This document shows positions 49,365 through 61,787 of a DNA stretch of 64,000 nucleotides, in pieces. Origin of the DNA: Octopus sinensis (taxonomy: Eukaryota); contig NC_043001.1 of NCBI RefSeq assembly GCF_006345805.1, positions 128,960,001-129,024,000 of the forward strand, given 5' to 3'. Below the pieces are notes generated by a model. That model ran no database searches, was not told where the DNA came from, and saw only the letters and a list, made by a program, of their open reading frames with translations. Position 1 is the first letter of the stretch, and each line of letters opens with the position of its first letter. A program made the translations under genes and the position numbers.

Positions 49365-49992
49365 AAAGAGAAAAGCACACATTCACTCTCTGCACACAAT
49401 TAGACTTGGAAAGTTTGTGAGGAACCCATTGACCCAATATGCTAACTTTTCCGATGGCACGCAGTTATTGATGAATGGTTGAATGACCAAATCCAAGCTT
49501 TTCTGCTAGTTCCCCAACAGTTACGATGGGATTTTGTCCCACCAGGGTTTGTAGGATGTTTGTGTTGAGCTCTACAGATCTTCCAGGATGAGGCTCATTT
49601 TCTAGGATGCAGTTTTCAGCTCAGAATTTCTGGAACCACCATTGACTCTGGCCTATGCATTGGCACTGGCTTATGCATATTGTCCAATTCCCATACACTG
49701 CATTAATATTCCTCACCCTTTCCGTTGCATTGTTGCCTTTATTGAACTCATAAAGCAAAATATGTCACTTCCATTATAGCTTTGAAAAAATAACTGTTAA
49801 AATCGAACTGCACCCTTCAAAATTGCACTAAGAATAAGTACAAGGTAAAATTACTACCAAACTACTAGCAAGTTGATGCATGTAGTTTATCACATCGCCT
49901 TTCCAACATCTAACATCAGTAAAAGATGGAAGGACATTGTACACTGCTCTTAGGAAGAATCAAAACTGACTACCTTCCATTTACCACAACAT
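49365..49992 (-). pseudogene. Mariner transposase pseudogene, N-terminal part with 5' flank
   Basis: From ATG at 49774: MEV..HILLYEFNKGNNATE...WFQKF*AENCILENEPHPGRS...TVGELAEKLGFGHSTIHQ*LRAIGKVSILGQWVPHKLS. Contains the mariner WVPHEL-type motif; truncated before the catalytic domain. Confidence 0.88.
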
Positions 49993-49997
49993 GTTTG

Positions 49998-50038
<41 letters not shown>

Positions 50039-50852
50039 ATGGACAATATATTATATACATTAATACAGGCATGTGAAATAATTTATTATTTATTTATTTA
50101 TTTATTATTCTACACTAAAATAAATTAGTTTTATAAGCTAAAGGCTGTGAAATGATCGTAGTTGTACGAATGTCAATTGGTGAAATAAAATTTTTTCATC
50201 TTATACCCCCTTTATATTGTGTGTGTGTGTGTGTGTTTTGATGGTAGCTGTACTTAGTTTAGAAAACTGCTAATATGTAATTAATTCCAGAATGTAAAGG
50301 AATGTTACTAACATTGACACAAATCACAAGTTTTGATAGAGTTTATAATTAGTTTAATCAACTGTCAGTATTTAATTGCCCCCCAAAATATATCAAATAT
50401 TGCTAACATTGACACAAACAACAAATTTTATGGCAGTTATAGTTAGCTTAACCAAGACTATGACGAATTTAGTTATATATATCTTAGTCTACATTCGTGT
50501 TACATAGACATATTATACCTCTTTGGAATCAGGACAATCCCATGATTGAAAATCTGCCCTTCATTTGGTTCTTGAACATCCAGCACTGGGATCTGATGTG
50601 TAAAGCATTCGGGTTGCTATTTCTAGCAGGTAAAGCTTGGCTGATTCATGCCATCTTAGTTGGAGTTTGTCAGATGACATCAGAAATCAAGGGAGAGACA
50701 TTCACTTAATTAATTTTACATCGAGGTAAGAACTTTGGGACAAACTGGATAACAGCTGGAATTCCACTTGGGACTGGAACAATAGAATGATTGCATTACA
50801 GAATTAATTCTCATCCATCCTTAACATCTGATCAAATACCACCAGGCCATAT

Positions 50853-51072
50853 ACTCTTTATTCTTTACTCTTTTACTTGTTTCAGTCATTTGACTGTGGC
50901 CATGCTGGAGCCTTTAATCGAGCAACTCGACCCCAGGACTTATTCTTTTGTAAGCCCAGTACTTATTCCATCGGTCTCTTTTGCCTAGCCGCTAAGTTAC
51001 GGGGACATAAACACACCAGCATCGGTTGCATCGATGTTGCAGGGGACATACACAAACACACAAACACACACA

Positions 51073-51110
<38 letters not shown>

Positions 51111-51277
51111 TACGATGGGCTTCTTTCAGTTTCCGTTTACCAAATCCACTCACAAGGCTTTGGTCAGCCCGAGGCTATAGTGGAAGACACTTGCCCAAGG
51201 TGCCACGCAGTGGGACTGAACCCGGAACCATGTGGTTGGTAAAGAAGCTACTTACCACACAGCCACTCCTGTGTCTA
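50853..51277 (-). mobile_element. SINE family B, full length
   Basis: Same head, body and tail as 32068-32477. Confidence 0.92.
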
Positions 51278-51401
51278 TATAGTCATTATAGATGTATTAT
51301 AGTCATGCTATTTAGCTCTCTATAGTTTTGGGCTACAGGCCCAATTAGCCCTCTGCAGGAGCTTGCTTAGAAGTACACACAGAATGCGGCTTTTAAGCTA
51401 G

Positions 51402-51435
<34 letters not shown>

Positions 51436-51832
51436 TATAAAACAGTACAGATGTGATATGGTGATATGCAATAGAGGATGACTGATTGTGTTTCAGAATA
51501 CACCATGCTTTTCCTTGATGTTTTTCTTAGGTACCAACATTGTTAAGAAATCTCACAGCCTTCCTATTCTTGACCTAGTGGAATGTTCAGGATGTGACAG
51601 ACAGGAGGCTGAGAGGAATGCACATCAGCACTTGTCTGGTACCTCATTTCATTGAAGCTAGGAGCATGGGAACCAAAGCTAGCTTCAGTGGGTTTTGAAC
51701 TCAGAATATAAAAATTTCAAACAACTACCACAGGGCATTTTATGTGATGCTGTAATTAATATTAGAAATGCACTTATGTATATATATATAATATATATAT
51801 ATATACATACATACATATATATATATACATAC

Positions 51833-51865
<33 letters not shown>

Positions 51866-52594
51866 CAGAGAGAGAGTCATACATACATGTGTGTGTGCAT
51901 GAATGTGTATTAGTGAGTATATAAGCATATGAATATTTATTTCATTAAAGTTTCGCGAAAATTAAATAAAATGATGTAGATTGAATTTTTCTCATAAACA
52001 ACAAACAGGAAAATAAACGAACAAAACAATAACTAATAATGTAAACATTAACAAAAACCACATTACTATCATCATCATCATCATCATAATCATCCAGCAG
52101 CAAATATTAAACAAAATATAATGTAGTTGACTTTGTTGTTCTCAGATATAAATGCAAATGGCATTTAACATTGTTGAATTTTAGAGTGAACATTAACATC
52201 ACACAAAGTAGACCAATTAAAAACAAAAATTAATTATAATGATTTTTTACATTGGCAGAAAGCTATAAATATACAGTTGATTGAACTGGTTTTCTATTTT
52301 ATTACCAATACTTTTTGCTATGGACCTTGAAATATATAAAACAACAAAGCTACCTCCACCAGGATTGAACTCAGGATCTTTACAGATGGAGCTGGATGTA
52401 AGACATTCTGTTCTTTGGTCTACTACTGATTCTGAACTTAGAACCTTGTTAAATTCAGCTTTGCCTTTTATCCTTCCAAGGTTAAAAAAATATAGTACCA
52501 GTCAATTACTTGGGTTAATTTAATCAACTAATCTTTTCAGTTAGAATTTCAGGTCTTGTGCGCATTTTAGAAATTTATTATTAGTATTACTATT

Positions 52595-52616
52595 AGAGTT
52601 TGATTCCAAGCAGTGA

Positions 52617-52664
<48 letters not shown>

Positions 52665-52862
52665 CAACAACATAGAAAAATACCTTAGAAATGAGAACTC
52701 AGGTTCGAAATTTGCCCAAGACACCTGATGACGGTTGGAGGGTATATCAATTGAAAAGTTGTGTTAACAACAAACAAGATGTGGACAAATATCCATCAAA
52801 TGTAAATAATGTAAATGATGTAAATAATGTACATAATTCCTCATCTCTTAAATATAGAACTG
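52595..52862 (+). mobile_element. Hammerhead-bearing non-autonomous element (second copy of 42030-42270)
   Basis: gagtttgattccaagcagtgacc-(AAT)n-aaatacctta...gacacctgatga...gtgttaacaacaaacaagat...ctcttaaatatagaactg. Confidence 0.82.
52720..52765 (+). ncRNA. Minimal type I hammerhead-like motif, diverged
   Basis: GACAC-CTGATGA-C-GGTTG(GAGGGTATAT)CAATT-GAAA-A-GTT/GTGTT. Helix II still pairs via G-U; C15.2 changed to A. Confidence 0.55.
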
Positions 52863-53220
52863 AATAATAATTGATTAATGTCAAAAGTTGTAGGTTTATC
52901 CCATAGTGAAGCTCGATAAACTTTGGTTGCTATGAATGTGAGTAAAAATCCAGATTGATAGCGTGGAGCAGGTACATATGTTTCCTAGCTAGCAAAACCT
53001 TAAAAGTAATAACTACTCAATGAGGAGTACTTCGCTAGTTACTCATCAGGCTGAAGATAGCTTAATTACACACACACACACACACACACATATAAAGTAA
53101 TCAGCCAGGAAAATAAGAACAATGCCCTGTCCACTTCCTGCTCATATTAAGCTGTCTGTAGTGGGGTTATTGGAAGTAACCTTCTGAATCTTGGAACATA
53201 TCTCGAGAGGAACATATATC

Positions 53221-53618
53221 TCTTTACTCTTTTACTCTTTTACTTGTTTCAGTCATTTGACTACGGCCATGCTGGAGCACCACCTTTAGTCGAGCAAATC
53301 GACCCCGGGACTTATTCTTTGTAAGCCCAGTACTTATTCTATCAGTCTCTTTTGCCGAACCGCTAAGTGACGGGGACGTAAACACACCAGCATCGGTGGT
53401 CAAGCAATGCTAGGGGGACAAACACAAACACACACACACACATACATATATATACATATATACGACAGGCTTCTTTCAGTTCCGTCTACCAAATCCACTC
53501 ACAAGGCATTGGTCGGCCCGGGGCTATAGCAGAAGACACTTGCCCAAGGTGCCACGCAGTGGGACTGAACCCGGAACCATGTGGTTGGTTAGCAAGCTAC
53601 TTACCACACAGCTACTCC
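53221..53618 (-). mobile_element. SINE family B, full length, young
   Basis: Nearly identical to 32068-32477. Confidence 0.93.
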
Positions 53619-54134
53619 ACTATATTTATGCATTTTGATCTTTCCTCCTCAGCACCATTCTCCATCCCCCCCTCTCTCACTCCATCTCTTTCTGTCTCTT
53701 TCTCTGTCCTTGCCTCTCTCTTTTTTTCTTTTTGTCTGTCTCTGTCTCTGTCTGTCTGTCTCTCTCTTGAATACTTTATTCCCCATCTCTTGCTTGTCAT
53801 TTTTAAATTTGTAAGTTTTATACATTGCAATATCTTTGAATCCCAACAGAAAAAAATTAGTTAAAATTATTCAAAAACAAAGCACTCACATGAAAAACAA
53901 GTGTTACAATCACATGCCACAAAATATCTTAGGAAAAAATAAAAGCATAAACCATTCCTTTGAGACAATAACAGTTTTATCAACAGAGATATAAAGGCAA
54001 ATTCCAAGGAGAAAGAACTAAACAGAAAAATCTGTATTTCTGTTGATATGTCTTGTAATTTAGCCTCCAGTCACTGGATAACAAATGGAGAAAATAACAG
54101 GAAAAAATTACTGTGATGTATTTTTTATTTGCTT

Positions 54135-54770
54135 TTTTAATTGTTTCAGTCATTAGACTGTGGACATACTGGAGCACAACCTGGAAAAGTTCAGTTGATC
54201 AAATTGATTCTAGTGCTTATTTTATAAGTTTGGTATGTATTCTATAGGTTCCTTTTTACTGAAGATATAAGATATAAGTTAGAAATATTGAATTTCTAAA
54301 TGTCTCAGAGAGACATAAGCGGTGGTGAAGCGATATAGTGGTCTTATACTGTCAACTCAATGTGACAGTCCTTATATTTGCAAAGGGGAGGTAGGGGTGA
54401 TTGCCACCCCTTTGCAAATATAAGGACACAGAAAATGTGTCAAAGCCGACAGGAGACATCGATGTTTCCTAGGGCTAAATGGCGGTGGTATAATTCCCTT
54501 ATGGGACTGTCACATTGAGTTGACAGTATACGACCACTATAAGATATAAGGATGTAAATGAACCAATGGTAATTGCTAACTGGTGAGAGGCAAACATAAA
54601 TGGAAAGATACACGCACACACATATACACATACAAAGAGCTTCTGTACAGTTTATGTCAACCAAATACACTCACAAGGCTTTGGTCAGCTCAGGGCTATA
54701 GTAAAAGACAGTTGCCTAGGTGCTGTGCCATGGGCCTGAAGACTAAAGTACATGGTTGTGAAGTTAATTT
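54135..54770 (-). mobile_element. Old family B-related SINE interrupted by a hairpin-rich insertion
   Basis: Diverged tail block at 54135-54260 and central/head block at 54550-54770 flank the insertion. Confidence 0.6.
54279..54540. mobile_element. 262-bp hairpin-rich insertion with 10-bp flanking duplication
   Basis: AAGATATAAG at 54269-54278 and 54541-54550. Outer inverted repeat 54335-54371 / 54504-54540 (1 mismatch in 37); inner perfect 21-bp inverted repeat 54368-54388 / 54407-54427. Confidence 0.75.
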
Positions 54771-54789
54771 CTTATTTCTTATTTCTTCA

Positions 54790-55011
54790 TTTCTTCATTG
54801 CCCACAAGAGGCTAAACACAGAGAAGACAAACAAGGACAGACAAAGGGATTAAGTTGATTAGATCAACCCCAGTGCTTAACTGGTACTTAATTTATCGAC
54901 CCCGAAAGGATGAAAGGCAAAGTTAACCTCGGCGGAATTTGAACTCAGAACGTAACGGCAGATGAAATACCACTAAGCATTTCATATGGCGTGCTAACGA
55001 TTCTGCTAGCT
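54790..55011 (-). mobile_element. SINE family A
   Basis: Reverse complement of the family A body with GAGTTCAAATTCC B box. Confidence 0.88.
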
Positions 55012-55186
55012 CTATAAACACATCTATGACTGTGTTTATTCTTCTGAACAAAGAAGATATGTTTGAAATATTAACCCTTTAATGGTGAAATTAAATTTCA
55101 TGGTTATTCCTGTAAAGGTGTTAAATACCATAAAAATAGAATTGTTATTTTCTGCAAGTAACGTTCCTTTGATAATCTTGACTTAT

Positions 55187-55609
55187 ACTCTTTTACTTGT
55201 TTCAGTCATTTGACTGCAGTCATGCTGGAGCACTGCCTTTAATCGAGCAAATCGACCCCAGGACTTATTCTTTGTAAGCCCAGTACTTATTCTATCGGTC
55301 TCTTTTGCCGAACCGTTAAGTTACAGGGAATGAACACACCAGCATCGGTTGTCAAGCAATGCTAGGGGGACAAACACACACACACAAACACACACACACA
55401 CACGCACACACACATACACACACACACACATATATATACATATATACAACGGGCTTCTTTCAGATTCCGTCTACCAAATCCACTCACAAGGCTTTGATTG
55501 GCCCGAGTCTATAGTAGAAGACACTTGTCCAAGGTGCCACGCAGTGGGAATGAACCTGGAGCCATGTGGTTGGTAAGCAAGCTACTTACCACACAGCCAC
55601 TCCTGCGCC
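55187..55609 (-). mobile_element. SINE family B, full length
   Basis: Same organisation as the other family B copies. Confidence 0.92.
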
Positions 55610-55624
55610 AAAAAATATTGTGCC

Positions 55625-55666
55625 TGGAGAATCCGGGCAGCGATCCTGGTACCTCTTGCATGCCAA
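55625..55666 (-). pseudogene. tRNA-Ala 3' half (anticodon loop to discriminator)
   Basis: TTGGCATGCAAGAGGTACCAGGATCGCTGCCCGGATTCTCCA resembles the 3' half of eukaryotic tRNA-Ala (GCATG.GAGAGG...GGATCGATGCCC..ATTCTCCA). T6 lies 9 nt downstream (55610-55615); the 5' half is absent. Confidence 0.65.
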
Positions 55667-55689
55667 CAATAAAAAGAAAAAAGTTTCAA

Positions 55690-56070
55690 ATATGACATTC
55701 CTGAACAAAAGACAGATTGGTATATAAAACTGCTTCCTGCAGTTAGTCATAGTGAAATTTTGAGTCGATATATCTGATTTCTGCTGTAAAATGGTTAAAA
55801 TTCTTTAATCCATATGCTCTTAAACGGACAACTATCAACCCTTTAAATGTGAAATTAAATTTCATGGTTGTTCCAGAAGTGATGTTAGAATTGGTATTTT
55901 ATGTAAGTCACATTGTCTTTATAATTTTGATATATCTCAACAGAAAAAATAGTTTCAAACATAACATTCTTTTAACGAAAGTTAGATTGGTATATAAAAC
56001 TGCTTTCTGCAGTTAGGCATAGGAAAATTTTGAGAGGATATATCTGATTTCTGGAGTAAAAGAGTTAAAC
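55690..56070. repeat. Old duplicated MITE-like units
   Basis: agattggtatataaaactgctt.ctgcagttag.catag...atatatctgatttctg...gttaa at ~55715 and ~55984; aaccctttaa..gtgaaattaaatttcatggtt at ~55075 and ~55837. Confidence 0.6.
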
Positions 56071-56078
56071 TTCTTTAA

Positions 56079-56296
56079 TCCTTTAGCATTCAGATTATTC
56101 TGTCAAATATAACGCTTTGTTATACAGTTGTTTTGTATTAATTACACATCATCTAGTAGCTGTGAGATTTTAACGATGTGATTATTTATTATTAGGTTGA
56201 CATTGTAGAACAGGTGTGAAAGACCAGATTTGGCTTGTTTGAACAGAAAAAGGTAGACTATTTTGGATGGATCTGGCCAGTTTAAGTATCAAGGGG
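56079..56296. mobile_element. piggyBac-type MITE (TTAA-flanked)
   Basis: TTAA at 56075-56078 and 56297-56300; ends (T/C)CCTTTAGCATT...ATCAAGGGG; homologous to 57451-57673. Confidence 0.7.
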
Positions 56297-56400
56297 TTAA
56301 TCCCCTGGCTCTCAAACAACCTCAGCCAGATATTTGTGAATTTCTTTCGTTCTTTACCACCTTTTTATTAATGAGATGATAAAATGTAGTTTGCATACAT

Positions 56401-56568
56401 ATAGGTGCAGGAGTGGCTGTGTGGTAAGTAGCTTGTTTACCAACCACATGGTTCCGGGTTCAGTCCCACTGCGTGGCACCTTGGCCAAGTGTCTTCTACT
56501 ATAGCCTTGGACCGACCAAAGCCTTGTGAGTGGATTTGGTAGACAGAAACTGAAAGAAGCCTATCGTA

Positions 56569-56608
<40 letters not shown>

Positions 56609-56843
56609 CAAATTGAGATATATGCATGTGTGTTTGTGTGTCTGCGTTTGTCCCCCTAGCATTGCTTGACAACTGATGCTGGTGTGTTTATGTCCCTGTA
56701 ACTTAGCGGTTCAGCAAAAGAGACAGATAGAATAAGTACTGGGCTTACAAAAGAATAAGTCCCAGGGTTGAGTTGCTCGATTAAAGGTGGTGCTCCAGCA
56801 TGGCCGCAATCAAATGACTGAAACAAGTAAAAGAGTAAAGAGT
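56401..56843 (+). mobile_element. SINE family B, full length
   Basis: ATAGGTGCAGGAGTGGCTGTGTGGTAAG head, GGTTCAGTCCC B-box-like motif, gaaacaagtaaaagagtaaagag tail. Confidence 0.94.
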
Positions 56844-57140
56844 AATAGTTCTTGTTTTTGTTTTTCATGGTCTTGAACAAGTCTATTAAGAGTATCACCA
56901 ATTAGATCAATTCCAGGTTTTGACTAACATTATTTTATCAGCCATAGGAGGATGAAACACTAAGTTGATCTTGGTAAGTTTTAAATTTAATGACGTGCAG
57001 TGGGGTTGGGGCAAGGAATACTTATTACATGGTTTTACATGGCTAAAAAGTTAGCAGAAGGGTGGAGCACTTCCAGAAAACAGCACTGCTTGGAACCACT
57101 CAAATACCCCGGAAGGTGCTTGAAAAATGAGAAGTGTTAC

Positions 57141-57195
57141 CTTAGTTCACTGGTAGTGAACAGCTCACACTGTAATACATCTCCAGTGTTAGAAG
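57141..57195 (-). CDS. Weak candidate 55-nt exon (phase 1 to phase 2)
   Basis: Acceptor attattgcctttgcacag| and donor AAG|GTAACA; one open frame SNTGDVLQCELFTTSEL. Could be chance. Confidence 0.25.
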
Positions 57196-57224
57196 CTGTG
57201 CAAAGGCAATAATAATAATAATGT

Positions 57225-57346
57225 GAAGAAGAAGAAGAAGAAGAAGACGAAGAAGAAGAAGAAGAAAAAGAAGAAGAAGAAGAAGAAGAAGAAAAGAAAA
57301 GAAGAAGAAGAAGAAGAAGAAGAAGAAGAAGAAGAAGAAGAAGAAG
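57225..57346. repeat. (GAA)n microsatellite
   Basis: Directly visible. Confidence 0.95.
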
Positions 57347-57450
57347 GGTTTCAAATTTTGGCACTAGATCAATATCCCACAGAAGATGTGGGTTCTAGAC
57401 TGGTGACAAAAAGTTTAACTGTGGCAATATCATAGCTATAAAGAGATTAA

Positions 57451-57673
57451 CTCATTAGCATTCAGATTACTCAATCATATGTAATCCTTAGTCTTTTACA
57501 TTGTATTGAATTAATCTTGCATCATCTTGTAATTTCAAGATTGTGATGATGTGGTTGTTTAGATTTAGAATGACATTATATGGTAGGTGTGAGAGGCCAG
57601 ATCCAGTCAGTTTGAACATAAAAAACAGATAGAATATTTGGGCCAGATTTGGCTGGTTTAAATACTAAAGGGA
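57451..57673. mobile_element. piggyBac-type MITE, second copy
   Basis: TTAA at 57447-57450 and 57674-57677; aligns along its length with 56079-56296. Confidence 0.7.
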
Positions 57674-58729
57674 TTAAGAAAGGTCCACTGTCTAAAATAC
57701 TTGACCTCAACCCCCTGATCAATATATATTTTAGTGAGTCCCAGAATTATGAAATGCAAAATCTACCTTGGTGAGATTTGAAATCAGATTATAAATGAAC
57801 ATAGAGACCACAAATAATTTTCTCTTTCCAATGCTCTAGTGATTTTACCACAAATAATTATAATGAGGGCTTTTTTTTTTAATATTCTAATTAATTAGTA
57901 TTAACCATTTAAATTTTCACAGTGACTTTATTCCTACTATCTTTCACACCAAACATCAAATAACAATATAGACCGTAAAGTGGATATATATATATATACA
58001 CACACACATATATATATATATGTGTATATATATACGTGCATATAAACATATATGCATGTGTGTGTGTGTGTGTGTGTGTGTAAGTATGCATGTATGTATA
58101 TGTATGTATAGATGTATGTGTGTATGTATATCGATATATAAATATGCATAGGCAAGTCTAATAAAGCCAGCATACCCTAAGGCATTGGTTCTCCAACAGT
58201 TTGACATTTCAGTAAATTTTATCCAGTGATTCAACAATGCAAGTCTTCAATTAAAAAATTTCAGTCAGAAAACTTTTTATTTAAAAAAAAAACATCATAA
58301 AACAATTTGTTTTTATTTCATTTTACATAGTTTTTTTGTTGTTTTTTTTGCTGTTGTTGTTGTTGTTGGTGGTGTCTGAGGTGTTTTTTGATTTTTGACT
58401 CTTAGCTTAAACTACTTCACTTAGGTTGCCAATATCCTAAAGCAAGGCATGAATGGCACTTCCTGTTTCTGAGGTATCATACCTGTGTAGTATTCCCTGC
58501 TGTCATTGCTACAGCTGCCACTACCACCTCCACCATCACTATCACCATCATCCTTGTCACTTCCCTCCTACTTATAAACCACCACCATCACCGCCGCCAC
58601 CGCCACCGCCACTACAACCACCATCATTATCATCATCATCACCATTGCTAATAGTTATCATTTATTGACTAAGGCAGAATCGATATAACCACCATGACAA
58701 TAGAGAACTCCTAGTTTGCAGTTATATAG

Positions 58730-59111
58730 TGGTGGAAGCACTCCATTGGTTACGACGACGAGGGTTCCGGTTAATCCGAATCAACGGAACAGCCTGCTCA
58801 TGAAATTAACATGTAAGTGGCTGAGCACTCAACAGACACATGTACCCTTAACGTAGTTCTCGGGGATATTCAGCGTGACACAGAGAGTGACAAGGCCGGC
58901 CCTTTGAAATAGAGGTACAACAGAAACAGGAAGTAAGAGTGAGAAAGTTGTGGTGAAAGAGTACAGCAGGATCGCCACCATCCCCTGCCGGAGCCTCGTG
59001 GAGCTTTAGGTGTTTCGCTCAATAAACACTCACAACGCCCGGTCTGGGAATCGAAACCGCGATCCTACGACCGCGAGTCCGCTGCCCTAACCACTGGGCC
59101 ATTGCGCCTCC
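58730..59111 (-). mobile_element. tRNA-derived SINE family D, full length, young
   Basis: GGAGGCGCAATGGCCCAGTGGTTAGGG head (A box), GGTTTCGATTCCC (B box), CpG-rich body, (CCA) end; flanked by a 55-bp direct repeat. Confidence 0.92.
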
Positions 59112-59601
59112 AGAATCGATATAACCACCACGACAATAGAGAACTTCTAGCTTGCAGTTATATAGATGCTGTCTTGATGTGTCAGGTTGTGAGTTCAGCT
59201 CCATTAAGTACTGAGTGCAAATCTATTAACTTCTGAGTTCAACTCTATTAAGATTAGCTTTGATTGTTCTTCGTCCTACCAGAGTTAACAGCCAGATGGA
59301 ATATACTGAGCTCAGTTTAAACATCTATACCGTCTTCCTTTATGAAGCATTGATCTTGTGTCAAACTCAGTGTAGATTCTAAGACTATCAGGCTCAATGC
59401 TTTTTGCATATAGTTACTGTGGCTCTGTGAACATCTTAACCAGACTTTGTAGACAAGGCTGTACACTTAAGAAACTCTTTCTCTCTCTCTCTCTCTCTCA
59501 CACACACATATGTACAGCTCATAGATATGCACACATATATACATATGACAAGTTTCTTTTAGTTTCTATCTCTTAAGTCCTCTCGTAAGTATCAAATTAC
59601 T

Positions 59602-60050
59602 GCGGCGGTGAGCTGGCAGAAACGTTAGCACGCGGGCGAAATGCTTAGCGGTATTTCGTCTGCGTTACGTTGTGAGTTCAAATTCCGCCGAGGTCGACTT
59701 TGCCTTTCATCCTTTCGGGGTCGATAAATTAAGTACCAGTTACGCACTGGGGTCGATGTAATCGATTTAATACCTATGTCTGTCCTTGTTTGTCCCCTCT
59801 GTGTTTAGCCCTTTGTGGGTAATAAAGAAATAGGTATTTCATCTGCTGCTATGTTCTGAGTTCAAATTCCGCCAAGGTCAACTTTGCCTTTCATCCTTTC
59901 GGGGTCGATTAAATAAGTACCAGTTACACACTGGGGTCGATGTAATCGACTTAATCTGTTTGTCTGTCCTTGTTTGTCCTCTCTATGTTTAGCCCCTTGT
60001 GGGTAATAAAGAAATAGGTATTTCATCTGCTGCTATGTTCTGAGTTCAAA
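59602..60050 (+). mobile_element. Head-to-tail multimer of SINE family A
   Basis: One full copy, one copy starting at internal GGTATTTC (~59834), and a third stub starting at the same point (~60017). Confidence 0.9.
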
Positions 60051-60059
60051 GAGAACCAT

Positions 60060-60342
60060 CCGAATATGGCCGTTGCCAGCACTGCCCCGACTGGCCTCCA
60101 TGCCAGTGGCACGTAAAAAGCACCATCTGATCGTGGCCGTTGCCAGCCTCGTCTGGCACCTGTGCCGGTGGCACGTAAAAGCACCCACTACACTCATGGA
60201 GTGGTTGGCGTTAGGAAAGGCATCCAGCTGTAGAAACACTGCCAGATCAGACTGGGCCTGGTGCAGCCTTCTGGCTTCCCAGACCCCAGTTGAACCGTCC
60301 AAACCCATGCTAGCATGGAGAGCGGACGTTAAATGATGATGA
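60060..60342 (+). mobile_element. SINE family C with internal duplication
   Basis: tggccgttgccagc...gtggcacgtaaaa.gcacc occurs twice, followed by the body and (GAT)n tail. Confidence 0.88.
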
Positions 60343-60589
60343 TCTCTGTATCACTTATACTCCCCACCACTGTTCCACCATCTATTTCTCTCTTTGTGTC
60401 TCTCTTTTATTCTCTAACTCTCTCTCTCCTTCCTCTCCTTTCATTTCTTCCTGGGATAGCCAAGTGTCTCCTCTACAGTAAGACACCTATCTCTAGCCCT
60501 CTATTATACCTTAACCTCTCAACTTGCACAAAGCCACCCCACTTCTCTTCACTCCCCCTCCCAGTTGAGAGGTCATTGTCTTGCAAGTT

Positions 60590-60803
60590 ACTTGCTGACC
60601 GTGCTAGTGCTGGTACCACGGAAAAAGCACCAAGTACACTCTGTAAAGTGGTTGGCATTAGGAAAGGCATCCAGCCATGGAAAACACACCAAAGCAGACA
60701 ATGGAACCTGGTGCAGCTCTCTGGTTTGCTAGTTCCTGTCAAATCATCCAACTCATACCAGCATGGAAAACGTACGTCAAATGACGATGATGATGAAGAT
60801 GAT
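60590..60803 (+). mobile_element. Diverged SINE family C
   Basis: gtggttggcattaggaaaggcatccagcc...catccaactcataccagcatggaaaacg...(GAT)n. Confidence 0.78.
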
Positions 60804-60879
60804 TAAATGTATGTATCTTCTATTTTCTAATCATTATAAATCTTCCACTGAGCAGGAAGCCAGTTTCCAACAAAGATAT

Positions 60880-61728
60880 AAGCAAAAGGATTAAATCCAA
60901 TAATACAAAAAGTAACAAAAATACTGTCACACCTTGTGTCTACCTGACAGAAAGGAAACACATAAAAACTTGTTTACAAAGTTCTATGTACATGAATAAA
61001 TTCTAAACAATAACAAAATCCAAAGTTTAATCAATAAAAATTTCTCCAAAACACCTCTCCATAACAACCAACCCTAAAAATCTAATTACAACTCCACTCA
61101 AACCCACACACCTGAGGAAAATGGCTTGGGTGGCAGAAACTTTGAAGCCATTGTTAATAACATTCTTGTTTAAAAATAATAAATTTATACTCTACAAAAG
61201 TATAGAGCAATCCATCAGATGTATGTATGTATGTATGTATGTATATGTATGTATGTATGTATGTAGGTATGTATGTATGTATGTTTTACCTTTGTTACTA
61301 GCCTTGAAAAAAATGATTGGTGGCATTTTCATTTAATATTGCATGGACTTATATAACCTTTATATAACTTTTATAATTTCCATATGTTTAATCCAGGATG
61401 TTGATCGATGTAATAATTCCACCAGTTATCAAAATGATTGTATCAGATTAATAAATGTAATACTGCCACTTTGATTCCTTTGATCATTTTATTCCATACT
61501 CTATAATGGATGTACTGTTCTTATAATCGGTACCTTTCCTGGATTTTTAGTTTGTATAGAATGTTTTTGGACTAACCGGATGCTGTTTCCTTTCTAAACT
61601 TCCTGTTAGCTGGGATTTTAAATGGACTGCTGACTGAGGTATTCACCTGGATTTCCTGCCACCCCCTTCTTTTACTATATACACATACATACATACGTAC
61701 ATACATACTACATACATACATACATACA

Positions 61729-61787
<59 letters not shown>

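Noticed and set aside
50500-50710. Exon-like unique sequence (minus IPVLDVQEPNEGQIFNHGIVLIPK; plus HIIPLWNQDNPMIENLPF...)
   Set aside because: Plausible splice sites exist on both strands with weak acceptors, so neither reading can be supported.
53005-53055. CTGATGA...GAAG with a TACTC/GAGTA hairpin on the minus strand
   Set aside because: GAAA is broken, helix II is only 2 bp, and there is no valid NUH triplet or helix I.
58730-59111. tRNA gene call for the SINE D head (and other SINE heads)
   Set aside because: A and B boxes are present but there is no complete acceptor stem, and the sequence continues into a SINE body.
61108-61160. acac-CTGAGGA...GAAAC-TTT hammerhead-like spacing (also at ~62135)
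   Set aside because: Helices I and II do not pair; a competing AATGGCTT/AAGCCATT hairpin spans the core.
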